Source of the DNA: Verrucomicrobiota bacterium
GTDB lineage: Bacteria; Verrucomicrobiota; Verrucomicrobiia; Limisphaerales; UBA9464
Length of the DNA: 33,124 bases
Assembly (NCBI GenBank): GCA_017302195.1
Contig: JAFLEG010000001.1
Location: 1 to 33,124 of the forward strand
Direction: 5' to 3'
The notes under the pieces are model-generated. The model was not told the origin of the DNA. It searched no databases and saw nothing but the letters and a program-made list of their open reading frames with translations. The first letter of the stretch is position 1. The number at the start of each line of letters is the position of its first letter. This document shows, in pieces, positions 7,189-15,095 of this stretch. Both the position numbers and the translations under genes were made by a program.

Positions 7189-9690
7189 TCATTTCTCCGG
7201 ATTCGGGGCGATGGCGGTCGAAGGAGAGGCCACGGTGTTGGTGACCGGCGCAGTCTTCTGGACCAAATCAGGATTGGCCGGACGATTGCGCCGGCGGCCC
7301 TTGCGCTGCTCGGGTGGCGGGGCCTCGGGGACCAGGGACCGGGGCGGGGTCTTCACCAGGCCGTCATCCCCGCGCCGCAGTTGGAACGGCGGACTCGCAA
7401 TCACCCCGGCGAGCAGGGTGGAAAACTTCCCCTGATCCCCGGCCACCTGGTCGGCGATGCGATCCACGGTGATCGAATCGCCCGGATCGAGCCCGCGTCC
7501 CAGCGCATAGGTCAGGAGCTTCTCGGTGACACAGCGGTAGAACTGGAGGCGGTGCTCCGTGAAGTAGCGCCTGAGGTCATCCACGCCGGTCAGCGTCTGG
7601 CCTCCGGTGGTGGTCTCACGGGGCGCAATGGGTTCCTTTCCCTCCTCGGTCCGCCACTGGCCCAGGACATCGTAGTTTTCCAGCGCGATCCCGAGCGGAT
7701 CAAAGTGCGCATGACAGGCGGCGCAGGACTTGTTGGCGCGATGCAGCGCCAGTTGTTCGGTCCCGGTTTTGGGCGCCGCGGCGCCCGTCTTGGCGTCGTC
7801 CAGGGACGGCACGCTCGGCGGCGGCGGCGGGGGATGGATGGCCAGCAGGTTCTCCAGCAGGAACACCCCGCGCTTCACCGGGGAGGTGCGGTTGGGATTG
7901 GAAGTGGAGACCAGGAAACTCCCATGGGTCAGCAGGCCGCCGCGATGGGACTCCGGCGGGAGGCTCACCCGCTGGACTCCGGTGCCGGTGACGTTGGTGA
8001 GTCCGTAAAACCGCGCCAGTCCGGCGTCCACGAAGGTGTAGTCCGCGGTGAGCAGCTCCAGCAGATCGCGGTCCTCCCGAGCGATGTGCTCGAAGAGCAT
8101 CTCGGTCTCGCGCTTCATGGCGCTCCGGACCGGATTGAGGGTGGCGTCCCGGATGATCGGGGTCATGAGCACATTGCGTGTGCGCAGCCACTGGCCCGGA
8201 AAGTCCTCGAAGAAGCGTTCGGATTTCGGATCGGCCAGCATCCGGCGCACCTGCTCCGGCAGGTGCTTGCGCAGAGTCCCGCGCGCGGCCAGACCGGAGA
8301 GTTCCGCATCCGGCAGGCTGAGCCAGAGCAGGTAGGACAGCCGCGAGGCCAGGGCGTATTCGTCGAGCGGATGGACCGATTTCGGATCGTCCGGCTGCGG
8401 CTGCACCTCGGTCCGGAAGATAAACTGCGGGGAGGTGAGGATGGCCATCAATCCCAGCCCGACACCCCCCTCAAAGGTGTCGCCCGACATGGCCAGATCG
8501 GTCAGCCGTTCGACCACCGGATCCCCCGCCGGACGCCGGAATGCCCGGTCGGCCACGCGCCGCATGATGTCCCGGGCATACGCGCGCCGCAGGACCGGAT
8601 CGGCGGGGGCCGGACCGGCATCGAAGAGGCGGCGATGGGGTTCGGGGTACTCCGCCGCGTCACCATCCAGGGGGCCGGTCAGACGGAACTTCGGACGCAG
8701 CTCCAGGTGGTTGGTCTTCCCCGTCGAGGTGGGTCGCACCGGATCGGTGGTGAAGTTCAGTTGATGCGGCCCCGTGTCGAGGGTGACTTCACGGCCGAAG
8801 CGGTAGATCCGCTGCCCGCCGATCTCCACCTCGTCCCGGGCGATGGACTGATCGTCCACCGACAGCGCAAAATCGTAGGCCCCGCCATAATCCTGCCAGC
8901 CGCCCAGCGGAAACTGTGCGTCCACCCGGTAACGTCCCGGCATCACCACCTCGAAGGCGAGCTGGTGTCCGGTCCGGAGGGAGTCCGGCACGCGCGTGCT
9001 CTGGATCTGCGCGGCGTCGAGGGCGCGGACCGGATGCCGCGGAGGGCCCTGCACGACCACCTGGTCCACGACAAACTCCGCGATGTTGAAGTACTTCTCG
9101 AGCAGCGCCGGGGACAGCGTCTGGAAGTCCCCGTTGTTGTCGAATCCGAACGCCGTATCATCGGGCGGCAGCATGTCCCGCAACCGTGACCGGCTGCTGC
9201 TGGCATCGCTGCTGAACTCGCCCTCCATCACCGGGCTCACCCCGAACAGGTCCTGGATGGTGAACTCATACTCCATCCGGTTGAGCCGCCGCACCGTGAC
9301 CCGGCCCGGATCCGGCCGCTCCGGATCCACACCCAGGCGCTGCTGCTCGATCCAGCGGGCGAGCGCCTGGCGCTCGGACTCCGGCAGCGGGTCGGCGTCG
9401 GCGGGCGGCATGAACCCGTGCCGCAGCAGCGTCCAGGCCTTCACCCAGGCAAACCGGTTTGTCTCCCCGGGTCCGGCCCCGATCAGCGTGTCCAGGGCGA
9501 AGCCCCCCTTGTCCATGCCCTCGCCGTGACAGTCAAAGCAGTGCCTCTCGAAAAGCGACGCGATCGCCATGGGCTCCCTGATCACCGCCTCGGCAGCGGC
9601 GCCGGGCCGGAATGCCGCCGCCACGCCGAGTGCCACAAGGAATCCGGCTGCCCACTGTCGCCCCGTCCCCGTGATCCATTTCGCCGCCAT
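7189..9690 (-). CDS. DUF1587/DUF1592/DUF1595/DUF1588/DUF1585-type protein with two CxxCH motifs
   Basis: Signal peptide present. CFDCHG lies near the N-terminus and NKSCAACHAHFDPLG in the C-terminal half. The 833-aa size and the pairing with DUF1552 are typical of PVC bacteria. Confidence 0.8.
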   Translation of the reverse strand: MAAKWITGTGRQWAAGFLVALGVAAAFRPGAAAEAVIREPMAIASLFERHCFDCHGEGMDKGGFALDTLIGAGPGETNRFAWVKAWTLLRHGFMPPADADPLPESERQALARWIEQQRLGVDPERPDPGRVTVRRLNRMEYEFTIQDLFGVSPVMEGEFSSDASSSRSRLRDMLPPDDTAFGFDNNGDFQTLSPALLEKYFNIAEFVVDQVVVQGPPRHPVRALDAAQIQSTRVPDSLRTGHQLAFEVVMPGRYRVDAQFPLGGWQDYGGAYDFALSVDDQSIARDEVEIGGQRIYRFGREVTLDTGPHQLNFTTDPVRPTSTGKTNHLELRPKFRLTGPLDGDAAEYPEPHRRLFDAGPAPADPVLRRAYARDIMRRVADRAFRRPAGDPVVERLTDLAMSGDTFEGGVGLGLMAILTSPQFIFRTEVQPQPDDPKSVHPLDEYALASRLSYLLWLSLPDAELSGLAARGTLRKHLPEQVRRMLADPKSERFFEDFPGQWLRTRNVLMTPIIRDATLNPVRSAMKRETEMLFEHIAREDRDLLELLTADYTFVDAGLARFYGLTNVTGTGVQRVSLPPESHRGGLLTHGSFLVSTSNPNRTSPVKRGVFLLENLLAIHPPPPPPSVPSLDDAKTGAAAPKTGTEQLALHRANKSCAACHAHFDPLGIALENYDVLGQWRTEEGKEPIAPRETTTGGQTLTGVDDLRRYFTEHRLQFYRCVTEKLLTYALGRGLDPGDSITVDRIADQVAGDQGKFSTLLAGVIASPPFQLRRGDDGLVKTPPRSLVPEAPPPEQRKGRRRNRPANPDLVQKTAPVTNTVASPSTAIAPNPEK

Positions 9691-9705
9691 GCGATTCAGA
9701 AGTCC

Positions 9706-9729
9706 CCCCTCCGAATACTGCCGGAGGGG
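9706..9729 (-). terminator. GC-rich hairpin between the HTH gene and the DUF1592 gene (terminator or translation-control structure; function uncertain)
   Basis: cccctccg (9706-9713) pairs perfectly with cggagggg (9722-9729) around an 8-nt loop. It sits 16 nt upstream of the DUF1592 ATG and includes a GGAGG-like stretch on the minus strand. Confidence 0.2.
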
Positions 9730-9821
9730 ACGTCCTCAATCTTGCCATCGCACCGATGCACTGCACAAACGCATTTTCCCCGGTGGCCACTTCGCCCTGC
9801 GCACCCGGTCGGTTCGAGGAT

Positions 9822-10097
9822 TCAGCCGCCAGATCCGCCGGCAGTCCCGGGGAGTTCCCCGTCAGAGGATTCCCCGGAGCCCTCCGATTCCCCGTCGGAA
9901 CGAAACTCCAGCAGATCTCCCGGTTGGCAATCCAGCACCCGGCAGATGGCGTTCAGCGTGCTGAAGCGGATCGCCTTTGCCCTGCCGGATTTCAGTACGG
10001 ACAAATTCGGCGGCGTGATGTCCACCGCGGCGGCAAGGTCATTGAGCCGCAGCTTCCGCTTCGCCAGCATCACATCCAGATTTACGACAATGGCCAT
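9822..10097 (-). CDS. Small Cro/C1 (YozG-like) helix-turn-helix transcriptional regulator with acidic Gly/Ser-rich tail
   Basis: Contains LRLNDLAAAVDITPPNLSVLKSGRAKAIRFSTLNAICRVLDCQPGDLLEF. ATG start lies 9 nt downstream of the preceding membrane-protein ORF. Confidence 0.8.
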   Translation of the reverse strand: MAIVVNLDVMLAKRKLRLNDLAAAVDITPPNLSVLKSGRAKAIRFSTLNAICRVLDCQPGDLLEFRSDGESEGSGESSDGELPGTAGGSGG

Positions 10098-10106
10098 GGC
10101 GGGGGA

Positions 10107-10436
10107 CTAAACAGTCAGCGCCGGCTCTTCCGCGATCTGGTGGGCTTCTTCCATGATCCAAGCCACGAGGCAAATGAACAATCCCGGCAGTAGTCCCGCG
10201 CCCATGTCGAAGCGGATGTCCGCATCGGTTGCCCACAAAGCCTTTGAGAGCTGAAAGGCGAGCCCCATCACCCAAAACCCGATCATCCACCCCCCGACGC
10301 GCCTCAGTCTCCGGACACTTCGGATCTCGAAAATGCTCCCACGCTCGTATCCGCGAAACAGGCTGAAGAAGCACCATGCCCCCGCCAGAAAGCGGCAGGC
10401 ACAGGACATCTTCCGCGTGTGATCCGGAACCGGCAC
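10107..10436 (-). CDS. Small membrane protein, DUF2975-like (short form)
   Basis: About three hydrophobic segments. The C-terminal ...LVAWIMEEAHQIAEEPALTV resembles the conserved DUF2975 C-terminus, and the position immediately upstream of a YozG-like HTH gene is canonical. GTG start at 10436; alternative ATG at 10409. Confidence 0.5.
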   Translation of the reverse strand: MPVPDHTRKMSCACRFLAGAWCFFSLFRGYERGSIFEIRSVRRLRRVGGWMIGFWVMGLAFQLSKALWATDADIRFDMGAGLLPGLFICLVAWIMEEAHQIAEEPALTV

Positions 10437-10478
10437 CGGCAGGTCGTCGGGGGAGGACGGGCAGCGACGTGGAGATGG

Positions 10479-10497
10479 CAGTGACCCAGGGTCACTG
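10479..10497. promoter_or_regulatory. Perfect 19-bp palindrome, candidate operator for the downstream HTH regulator
   Basis: cagtgaccc-a-gggtcactg lies 43-70 nt upstream of the two possible DUF2975-like starts. Confidence 0.35.
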
Positions 10498-10739
10498 TGT
10501 CTGTGCAGACCTGGGAGCCTCCTGGATTGCAGCGGCCGACTTGAGCCCGGAAATGGTGACGAGTTTCAACTCCCCGACGCCCGGGGCCAAGGAAGGACGA
10601 TTCAAACCGGGCTCCAGTGGATCCATTCCGATGCACTTCGCCCCTTGCCACCCGCGGTCAGGGGTCCTGTCCCCGTCTCCTCCGGGCCGGGAACTGTCGC
10701 CGCCGGCCTGGAGGTTCGGCGGTCCCGGCCCGCGCCCTC

Positions 10740-12419
10740 CTACGGATTCCGCAGCACCGTCACGAAGGGCTTCCCCATGCAGCCGGAAGGCGGGGCGATG
10801 CGCAGCGCGGCGCACAGCGTGGGCGCGATGTCGGACATGTAGAATTCCCCGGCATAACGTCCGGGTCGGAATGCCGATCCGTAGAACAGCACCGGCACCA
10901 GGGTATCCTGGGTGTAGGGCGCGCCGTGGGTGGTGCCGGTGGTGCCCGAGGACGGAATCACGAACGGCTTGGGGATGAGCATCATGTCGCCCCCGCGTTC
11001 CGCGTTATACCCGTTCTGCGCCAACCGCCCCACCAGTCCGGGCGCGCGGCCGTCCAGCAACTGTTCTCGGGTGTAGGCGGCCTGGAACTTTCCGGTGGCC
11101 AGGACCCAGTCCCGGATGAACACCGCCACCGTCTCCGCAGCCAGGCCCTTCTCCCGAAGCGTGTCGTGGTTGAAGTACAGGTTGCCCCCGTAGAGGCTGG
11201 GTTTCAGGAAGTATTTGCCGGATCCGAAGCGCCCATCGAGCTGGCTCAGCAGGTCCACCATCAACTGGGACTCGTTGAGCCGCTGACCGTCGAGCCCCTC
11301 GCTCACGGCAAACTCGGGATCGGGCGAGACGCCGTGGTCGGAGGACAGCACCATCGCCACGCGCCGGAGGCCGACCCGCCGGTCGAGATAGCGGAACAGG
11401 TCGGCCAGTTGGCGGTCGAGACGCAGCACGGCGTCCTGGACCTCATGCGAATAGGGGCCAAAGCGGTGCCCCACGGCGTCCACGGAGGAGAACGAGATGC
11501 AGAGCAGGTCGGGCACCGGACCGCGCCCCAGATCCTCGCCCTCGATCGTCGCCCGGGCGAACTCCGCCAGCAGGTCGTTGCCAAAGGGGGTGGAGATCAC
11601 GGCGTCGAAACCGTCCTTGATCTGGGCATCCACCCGGTGCGGGAAGACGCTGTTGGTCTCGCCCGCCAGCCTGCCCTCGCCCGGGCCGGCGTCTGGATGC
11701 CGGTAATGCCGGGCATCCACCAGGCGGTCCCAGGTCCGGCCGGCGTACCACGCCGCGCGGTGCCGGTCGTTGAACTCCCGGACCCACGCGGGCAGTTCCG
11801 GACGGTAATAGCTGCTGGTGACAAAATTGCCGCTCTTGGACTCGAACCAATAGGCGCCCGCCGGCTTGCGGCCCGCGGGAAGGATCGCCCCGCGGTCCTT
11901 CATGGAAATCCCCACCACCTTGGACCGGTAGTGCAGCCGCAACTGGTCGGCGAAGCTGGACCCGATGAAGTTGCGGGGCGAGACCTGGCTGTTGTTGGTG
12001 GCGGTGCCGACGCCCCAGACCGAGGAGTCGCCGCAGCAGTACATGCCCTGCCGGGTTTTCTTGTCCAACCAGTCATTGGCGATGATGCCGTGCATCGCCG
12101 GCGTGCAGCCGCTCAGGAAGGTGGCGTGGCCGGGCGCCGTGACCGTCGGACAGTAGTCGTACCGGGCAAAGGTCATCATGGCCCCCTTCCGCGTGAGCAG
12201 CCGGAAGCCGCCGTCGGTGAACTGCCCCTCGAAACGCTCCAGATAGTCCTGCCGGAGCTGGTCCACCATGATGGCCACGATCAGGCGCGGGGTTTCCGCA
12301 CGGGCCACCGTGGCCGGAATCGGGAGGCCCAGGAGGGCGATGAAGATCAGAAGACTCCCAAGCCGGAGCCGTCGGCATGCCGGAAAGATCGGGGGAACGG
12401 CTGTTGTCCGTGTAACCAT
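10740..12419 (-). CDS. Alkaline phosphatase / nucleotide pyrophosphatase-phosphodiesterase family protein (PafA-like), secreted
   Basis: Motifs seen: IMVDQLRQDY, PTVTAPGHATFLSG (nucleophile Thr region), LSSDHG and GTTHGAPYTQDTLVPVLFYG. Signal peptide follows the ATG at 12419. The ORF-track extension to 13079 is non-protein-like. Confidence 0.85.
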   Translation of the reverse strand: MVTRTTAVPPIFPACRRLRLGSLLIFIALLGLPIPATVARAETPRLIVAIMVDQLRQDYLERFEGQFTDGGFRLLTRKGAMMTFARYDYCPTVTAPGHATFLSGCTPAMHGIIANDWLDKKTRQGMYCCGDSSVWGVGTATNNSQVSPRNFIGSSFADQLRLHYRSKVVGISMKDRGAILPAGRKPAGAYWFESKSGNFVTSSYYRPELPAWVREFNDRHRAAWYAGRTWDRLVDARHYRHPDAGPGEGRLAGETNSVFPHRVDAQIKDGFDAVISTPFGNDLLAEFARATIEGEDLGRGPVPDLLCISFSSVDAVGHRFGPYSHEVQDAVLRLDRQLADLFRYLDRRVGLRRVAMVLSSDHGVSPDPEFAVSEGLDGQRLNESQLMVDLLSQLDGRFGSGKYFLKPSLYGGNLYFNHDTLREKGLAAETVAVFIRDWVLATGKFQAAYTREQLLDGRAPGLVGRLAQNGYNAERGGDMMLIPKPFVIPSSGTTGTTHGAPYTQDTLVPVLFYGSAFRPGRYAGEFYMSDIAPTLCAALRIAPPSGCMGKPFVTVLRNP

Positions 12420-12612
12420 CCGGTTCGGACGGGTCCGGTCCGGAACGCATTCGGTTTGAAGACTGGCGCGGAGCACGTCGTGAGGGTGGCAGGAAACGCC
12501 GCCGGGGATCCACTCGCCAAGACAGATCGGACTTGGACCAGGAATGTAACAACGGTCCAATGGCCGGACACGCGGGCCCGTCCGAAAGCGCGCCCGCTCG
12601 AACACATTGCCC

Positions 12613-13725
12613 ATGAAGCATTCCTGTCCCGCCCGCATCAGCCTGGTCCTCGCCGCCGCACTCCGGATCTCGGCCGCGCCCGCCCCCCTGCCGGACGACG
12701 TGTACCTGCAGGAGGTGGGCAGCAGCATCGCCTCGCCGCTGCCGCTCACCGCGGTCGCGGCCCTGGACGGCGAGGTGGTCGCCGGAACCGCGAAGGGCCT
12801 GGTCCGGCTGCAGGGAACCAATCTCGTGGCCGATCCCGGACTGACCAACGCCATTCTGCGCCTGGTGACGACGCCCGGCGCCCTGTGGGCCATGACGCCG
12901 CAGGGACTGCATCGCCGCACCGGCAGCGGGTGGACCCTCATCTCCGACCGGCCGGTCACGGATGTCCACCCCTTCCGCGGTGGGATCATGGCCGCCGCAG
13001 GCCACGAACTGTGGCAGATCCGCGGGGACAGCCTGGAGCCGGTGTCCACCAACCGCTCCCGGTTTCCCATCACCCGCATTGCCGTTCACAACGAAACCCT
13101 GTTCGTGCACGGACCCGGCCGCCTCGCCCCGTTCGCGTCGGGCGTCTTCGGCGGACTGGACGCCTACACCTGGCCCGCGGATCAGGCCTGGGACTGGGGC
13201 ACGCTGCCCTCGACCACCACCCGCGATCTGCTGAGCCAGGGATCGGCGTTGTATGTCGCCACCGATCGCGGCCTGGGCGTCCTGCGCGGCATGTCCCTCA
13301 TGACGCTGGGCGGCGCGGAGGGGTTGCCCGTCACCGACACCACCTGCCTGGCCGCCGGATTTACCAATGACCTGTGGATCGGCACCTCGCGGGGTGCGAT
13401 CCGGCGGGTGGACGGCGCCTGGGATTACTTTGCCGGCCGGCGCTGGCTTCCCGGTGACTCGGTGCGGGCCATTGCCGTGAATGGCCGCCGCGTGTTCCTC
13501 GCCACGGACGGCGGCCTGGGCATCATCGAGTACCAGCCCTACACGCTGGCCAGGAAGGCCGCCTACTACGAGCGGCACCTGGAGGAATGGGGACAGAAGC
13601 GCCTGGGCCTGGTGCACAAGCTGGAGTGGGACGCCACCCTGAAGGAATACGTGCGGAGATCGGTGACAACGACGGCGGCTATTCCGGCAACTATCTGGCA
13701 GCCCAGGCATACCGGTATGCCGTGA
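12613..13725 (+). CDS. Secreted beta-propeller (two-component-regulator-propeller-like) protein; probable 5' part of a frameshifted gene
   Basis: Signal peptide MKHSCPARISLVLAAALRISAAPA. Propeller-type repeats LYVATDRGLGVLRG, LWIGTSRGAIRRVDG and VFLATDGGLGIIEY. The last ~22 codons (RSVTTTAAIPATIWQPRHTGMP) look like out-of-frame translation. Confidence 0.6.
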   Translation: MKHSCPARISLVLAAALRISAAPAPLPDDVYLQEVGSSIASPLPLTAVAALDGEVVAGTAKGLVRLQGTNLVADPGLTNAILRLVTTPGALWAMTPQGLHRRTGSGWTLISDRPVTDVHPFRGGIMAAAGHELWQIRGDSLEPVSTNRSRFPITRIAVHNETLFVHGPGRLAPFASGVFGGLDAYTWPADQAWDWGTLPSTTTRDLLSQGSALYVATDRGLGVLRGMSLMTLGGAEGLPVTDTTCLAAGFTNDLWIGTSRGAIRRVDGAWDYFAGRRWLPGDSVRAIAVNGRRVFLATDGGLGIIEYQPYTLARKAAYYERHLEEWGQKRLGLVHKLEWDATLKEYVRRSVTTTAAIPATIWQPRHTGMP

Positions 13726-14858
13726 CGCGGGATCCCGAGGCGCGCCGGGAGGCGACCAACACCTTCCACGGACTCCGCTGGCTGGAGCACATGACCGGCA
13801 TCCGCGGCTTCCCGGCCCGCGCCGTGTGGGCCAAGGGCGAGAAGGGGCACCAGGCCGGCCACGGTTCGGGCGGCTATGCGGCCGAGTGGCATGACACTGC
13901 GGACGGACTCTTCGAATGGAAGGGCGACACCTCCAGCGACGAACTGTGCTCCCACTTCTATGCCTTCGACATTTTTCGCGAGCTGGCCGCGCAGGGGGAC
14001 GAGGCCGCGCAGGCCCGCGAACATCTCGCCCGCATCGCCGCCCATCTGGTGGAGCACCGCTGGCAGTTGGTGGATCTGGACGGCAAGCCCACCCGCTGGG
14101 GCCGCTGGGATCCCGACTACTTCCTCAACGACGAGGGGCTGTACGACCGCGGCCTGCAGGCGGTGGAGCTGCTCTCCTTCATCAAGACGGCCGCCGCGGT
14201 CACCGGCAGCCCGCGGTTTGGCGAGGCCTACCAGACCCTGGTGACGCTCGGCTACCCGGGGTACACCCTGCGCGCGCGCAACACCTTTCCTCCGGACAGC
14301 ATCCTGCACTTCCTCGATGACCTGGCCTTCTGGAGCTATGCCAACCTCCTGCGCTACGAGAAGGATCCCGACCTGCACGCCCTCTACCGGCGCGGCTATG
14401 AGCGCAGCTACGAGGTGGTGCGCGTGGAGGAGAATCCCTGGTTCAACTTCCTCCATGCCGTGCTCACCGGCGACACCGGGGAACTCGACGCCTCGGTGCG
14501 GCACCTGAGGGGCTGGCCGCTCGATCTCCGGGTGTGGTCCTACCAGAATTCGCATCGCGCCGACCTGCGCACGCCCGCCGGTTACACCGCGCCCAAGGGC
14601 GGCACCCGGACCTTTCCCGTGCGCGAGACCGAACCGCTGCGCTGGGATCACTGGCTCATGCAGCCCGACGGCGGCACCGGCGGCAACGACGTGGTGGAGC
14701 CATCGGCCTGGCTGCTCGCCTACTGGATGGGCCGGTACCATGGCTTCATCGCCGCCCCGACCGTCACCGATCCGGCGCTGCTCACCGTCGAGCACAGCCA
14801 GAACTTTGAGCTGGGCGCCCGGCCCTATGCCGGCCCGCCGCATCCCGGCGGATTCTGA
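13587..14858 (+). CDS. Probable 3' part of the same frameshifted gene; C-terminal domain of unknown function
   Basis: Overlaps the previous ORF by 139 nt in a different frame. It becomes protein-like only from ~13653 (EIGDNDGGYSGNYLAAQAYRYAVTRDPEA...). No credible independent start or RBS. Confidence 0.55.
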   Translation: MGTEAPGPGAQAGVGRHPEGIRAEIGDNDGGYSGNYLAAQAYRYAVTRDPEARREATNTFHGLRWLEHMTGIRGFPARAVWAKGEKGHQAGHGSGGYAAEWHDTADGLFEWKGDTSSDELCSHFYAFDIFRELAAQGDEAAQAREHLARIAAHLVEHRWQLVDLDGKPTRWGRWDPDYFLNDEGLYDRGLQAVELLSFIKTAAAVTGSPRFGEAYQTLVTLGYPGYTLRARNTFPPDSILHFLDDLAFWSYANLLRYEKDPDLHALYRRGYERSYEVVRVEENPWFNFLHAVLTGDTGELDASVRHLRGWPLDLRVWSYQNSHRADLRTPAGYTAPKGGTRTFPVRETEPLRWDHWLMQPDGGTGGNDVVEPSAWLLAYWMGRYHGFIAAPTVTDPALLTVEHSQNFELGARPYAGPPHPGGF

Positions 14859-14862
14859 GCAG

Positions 14863-15095
14863 CCCTTGGAGTGCGGGCGTCGGCTTGCCGTGCCGTAGCC
14901 GGACGAAGGGAGGCTCGCCCTGCCGTAGCCAGACGAAGGGAGGCTCGCCCTGCCGAAGCGGGGCGAAGGCAGGAGCGCAGCGGAGACGCCGCTTTGCCGC
15001 AGCGCTCAGGTCGCGAACCAGGGATTCATGCCCCTGCCGGCGGCTGATTCGTGACCGACGCCAAAGCGGTCGCAAGCCACCGCAGTCCAAAAGGG
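14863..15095. repeat. Structured intergenic element with imperfect terminal inverted repeats (MITE/REP-like) filling the gap between two convergent genes
   Basis: The left end cccttggagtgcgggcgtcggcttgc (14863-14888) is an imperfect reverse complement of the right end gcaagccaccgcagtccaaaaggg (15072-15095). Confidence 0.4.
14884..14973. repeat. Three tandem copies of a degenerate 30-bp unit
   Basis: Units are cttgccgtgccgtagccggacgaagggagg, ctcgccctgccgtagccagacgaagggagg and ctcgccctgccgaagcggggcgaaggcagg. Adjacent copies differ at 3 and 5 positions. Confidence 0.85.

Noticed and set aside
7000-9189. 729-aa plus-strand ORF. Similar long ORFs occur at 962-2077(+), 3770-5497(+), 6120-7085(+), 10617-13370(+), 12073-13710(-), 13566-14843(-), 15981-16898(+), 17109-20063(+), 21199-22623(-), 25254-26843(-), 26516-28513(-) and 29231-30358(-).
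   Set aside because: These are antisense shadow ORFs, typical of high-GC DNA. Their translations are dominated by R/G/P/H/A runs with no recognisable motifs. In every case the opposite strand encodes a protein with clear family motifs.
12420-13079. N-terminal 220-aa extension of the phosphatase ORF in the ORF track (10740-13079). Analogous upstream extensions occur at 30402-31310, 3605-5596, 26387-26470, 29313-29411 and 25010-25135.
   Set aside because: The extensions are low-complexity R/P/S-rich and overlap other genes or intergenic repeats. Internal ATGs give proper signal peptides or family-typical N-termini.
13640-13665. Programmed -1 ribosomal frameshift joining the two propeller-gene ORFs.
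   Set aside because: There is no slippery heptamer and no obvious downstream pseudoknot at the inferred junction. A mutational or sequencing indel is the simpler explanation.
14884-14973. Possible CRISPR array, considered because of the 30-bp repeats.
   Set aside because: The units are directly adjacent with no spacers, there are only three degenerate copies, and no cas genes are in the window.
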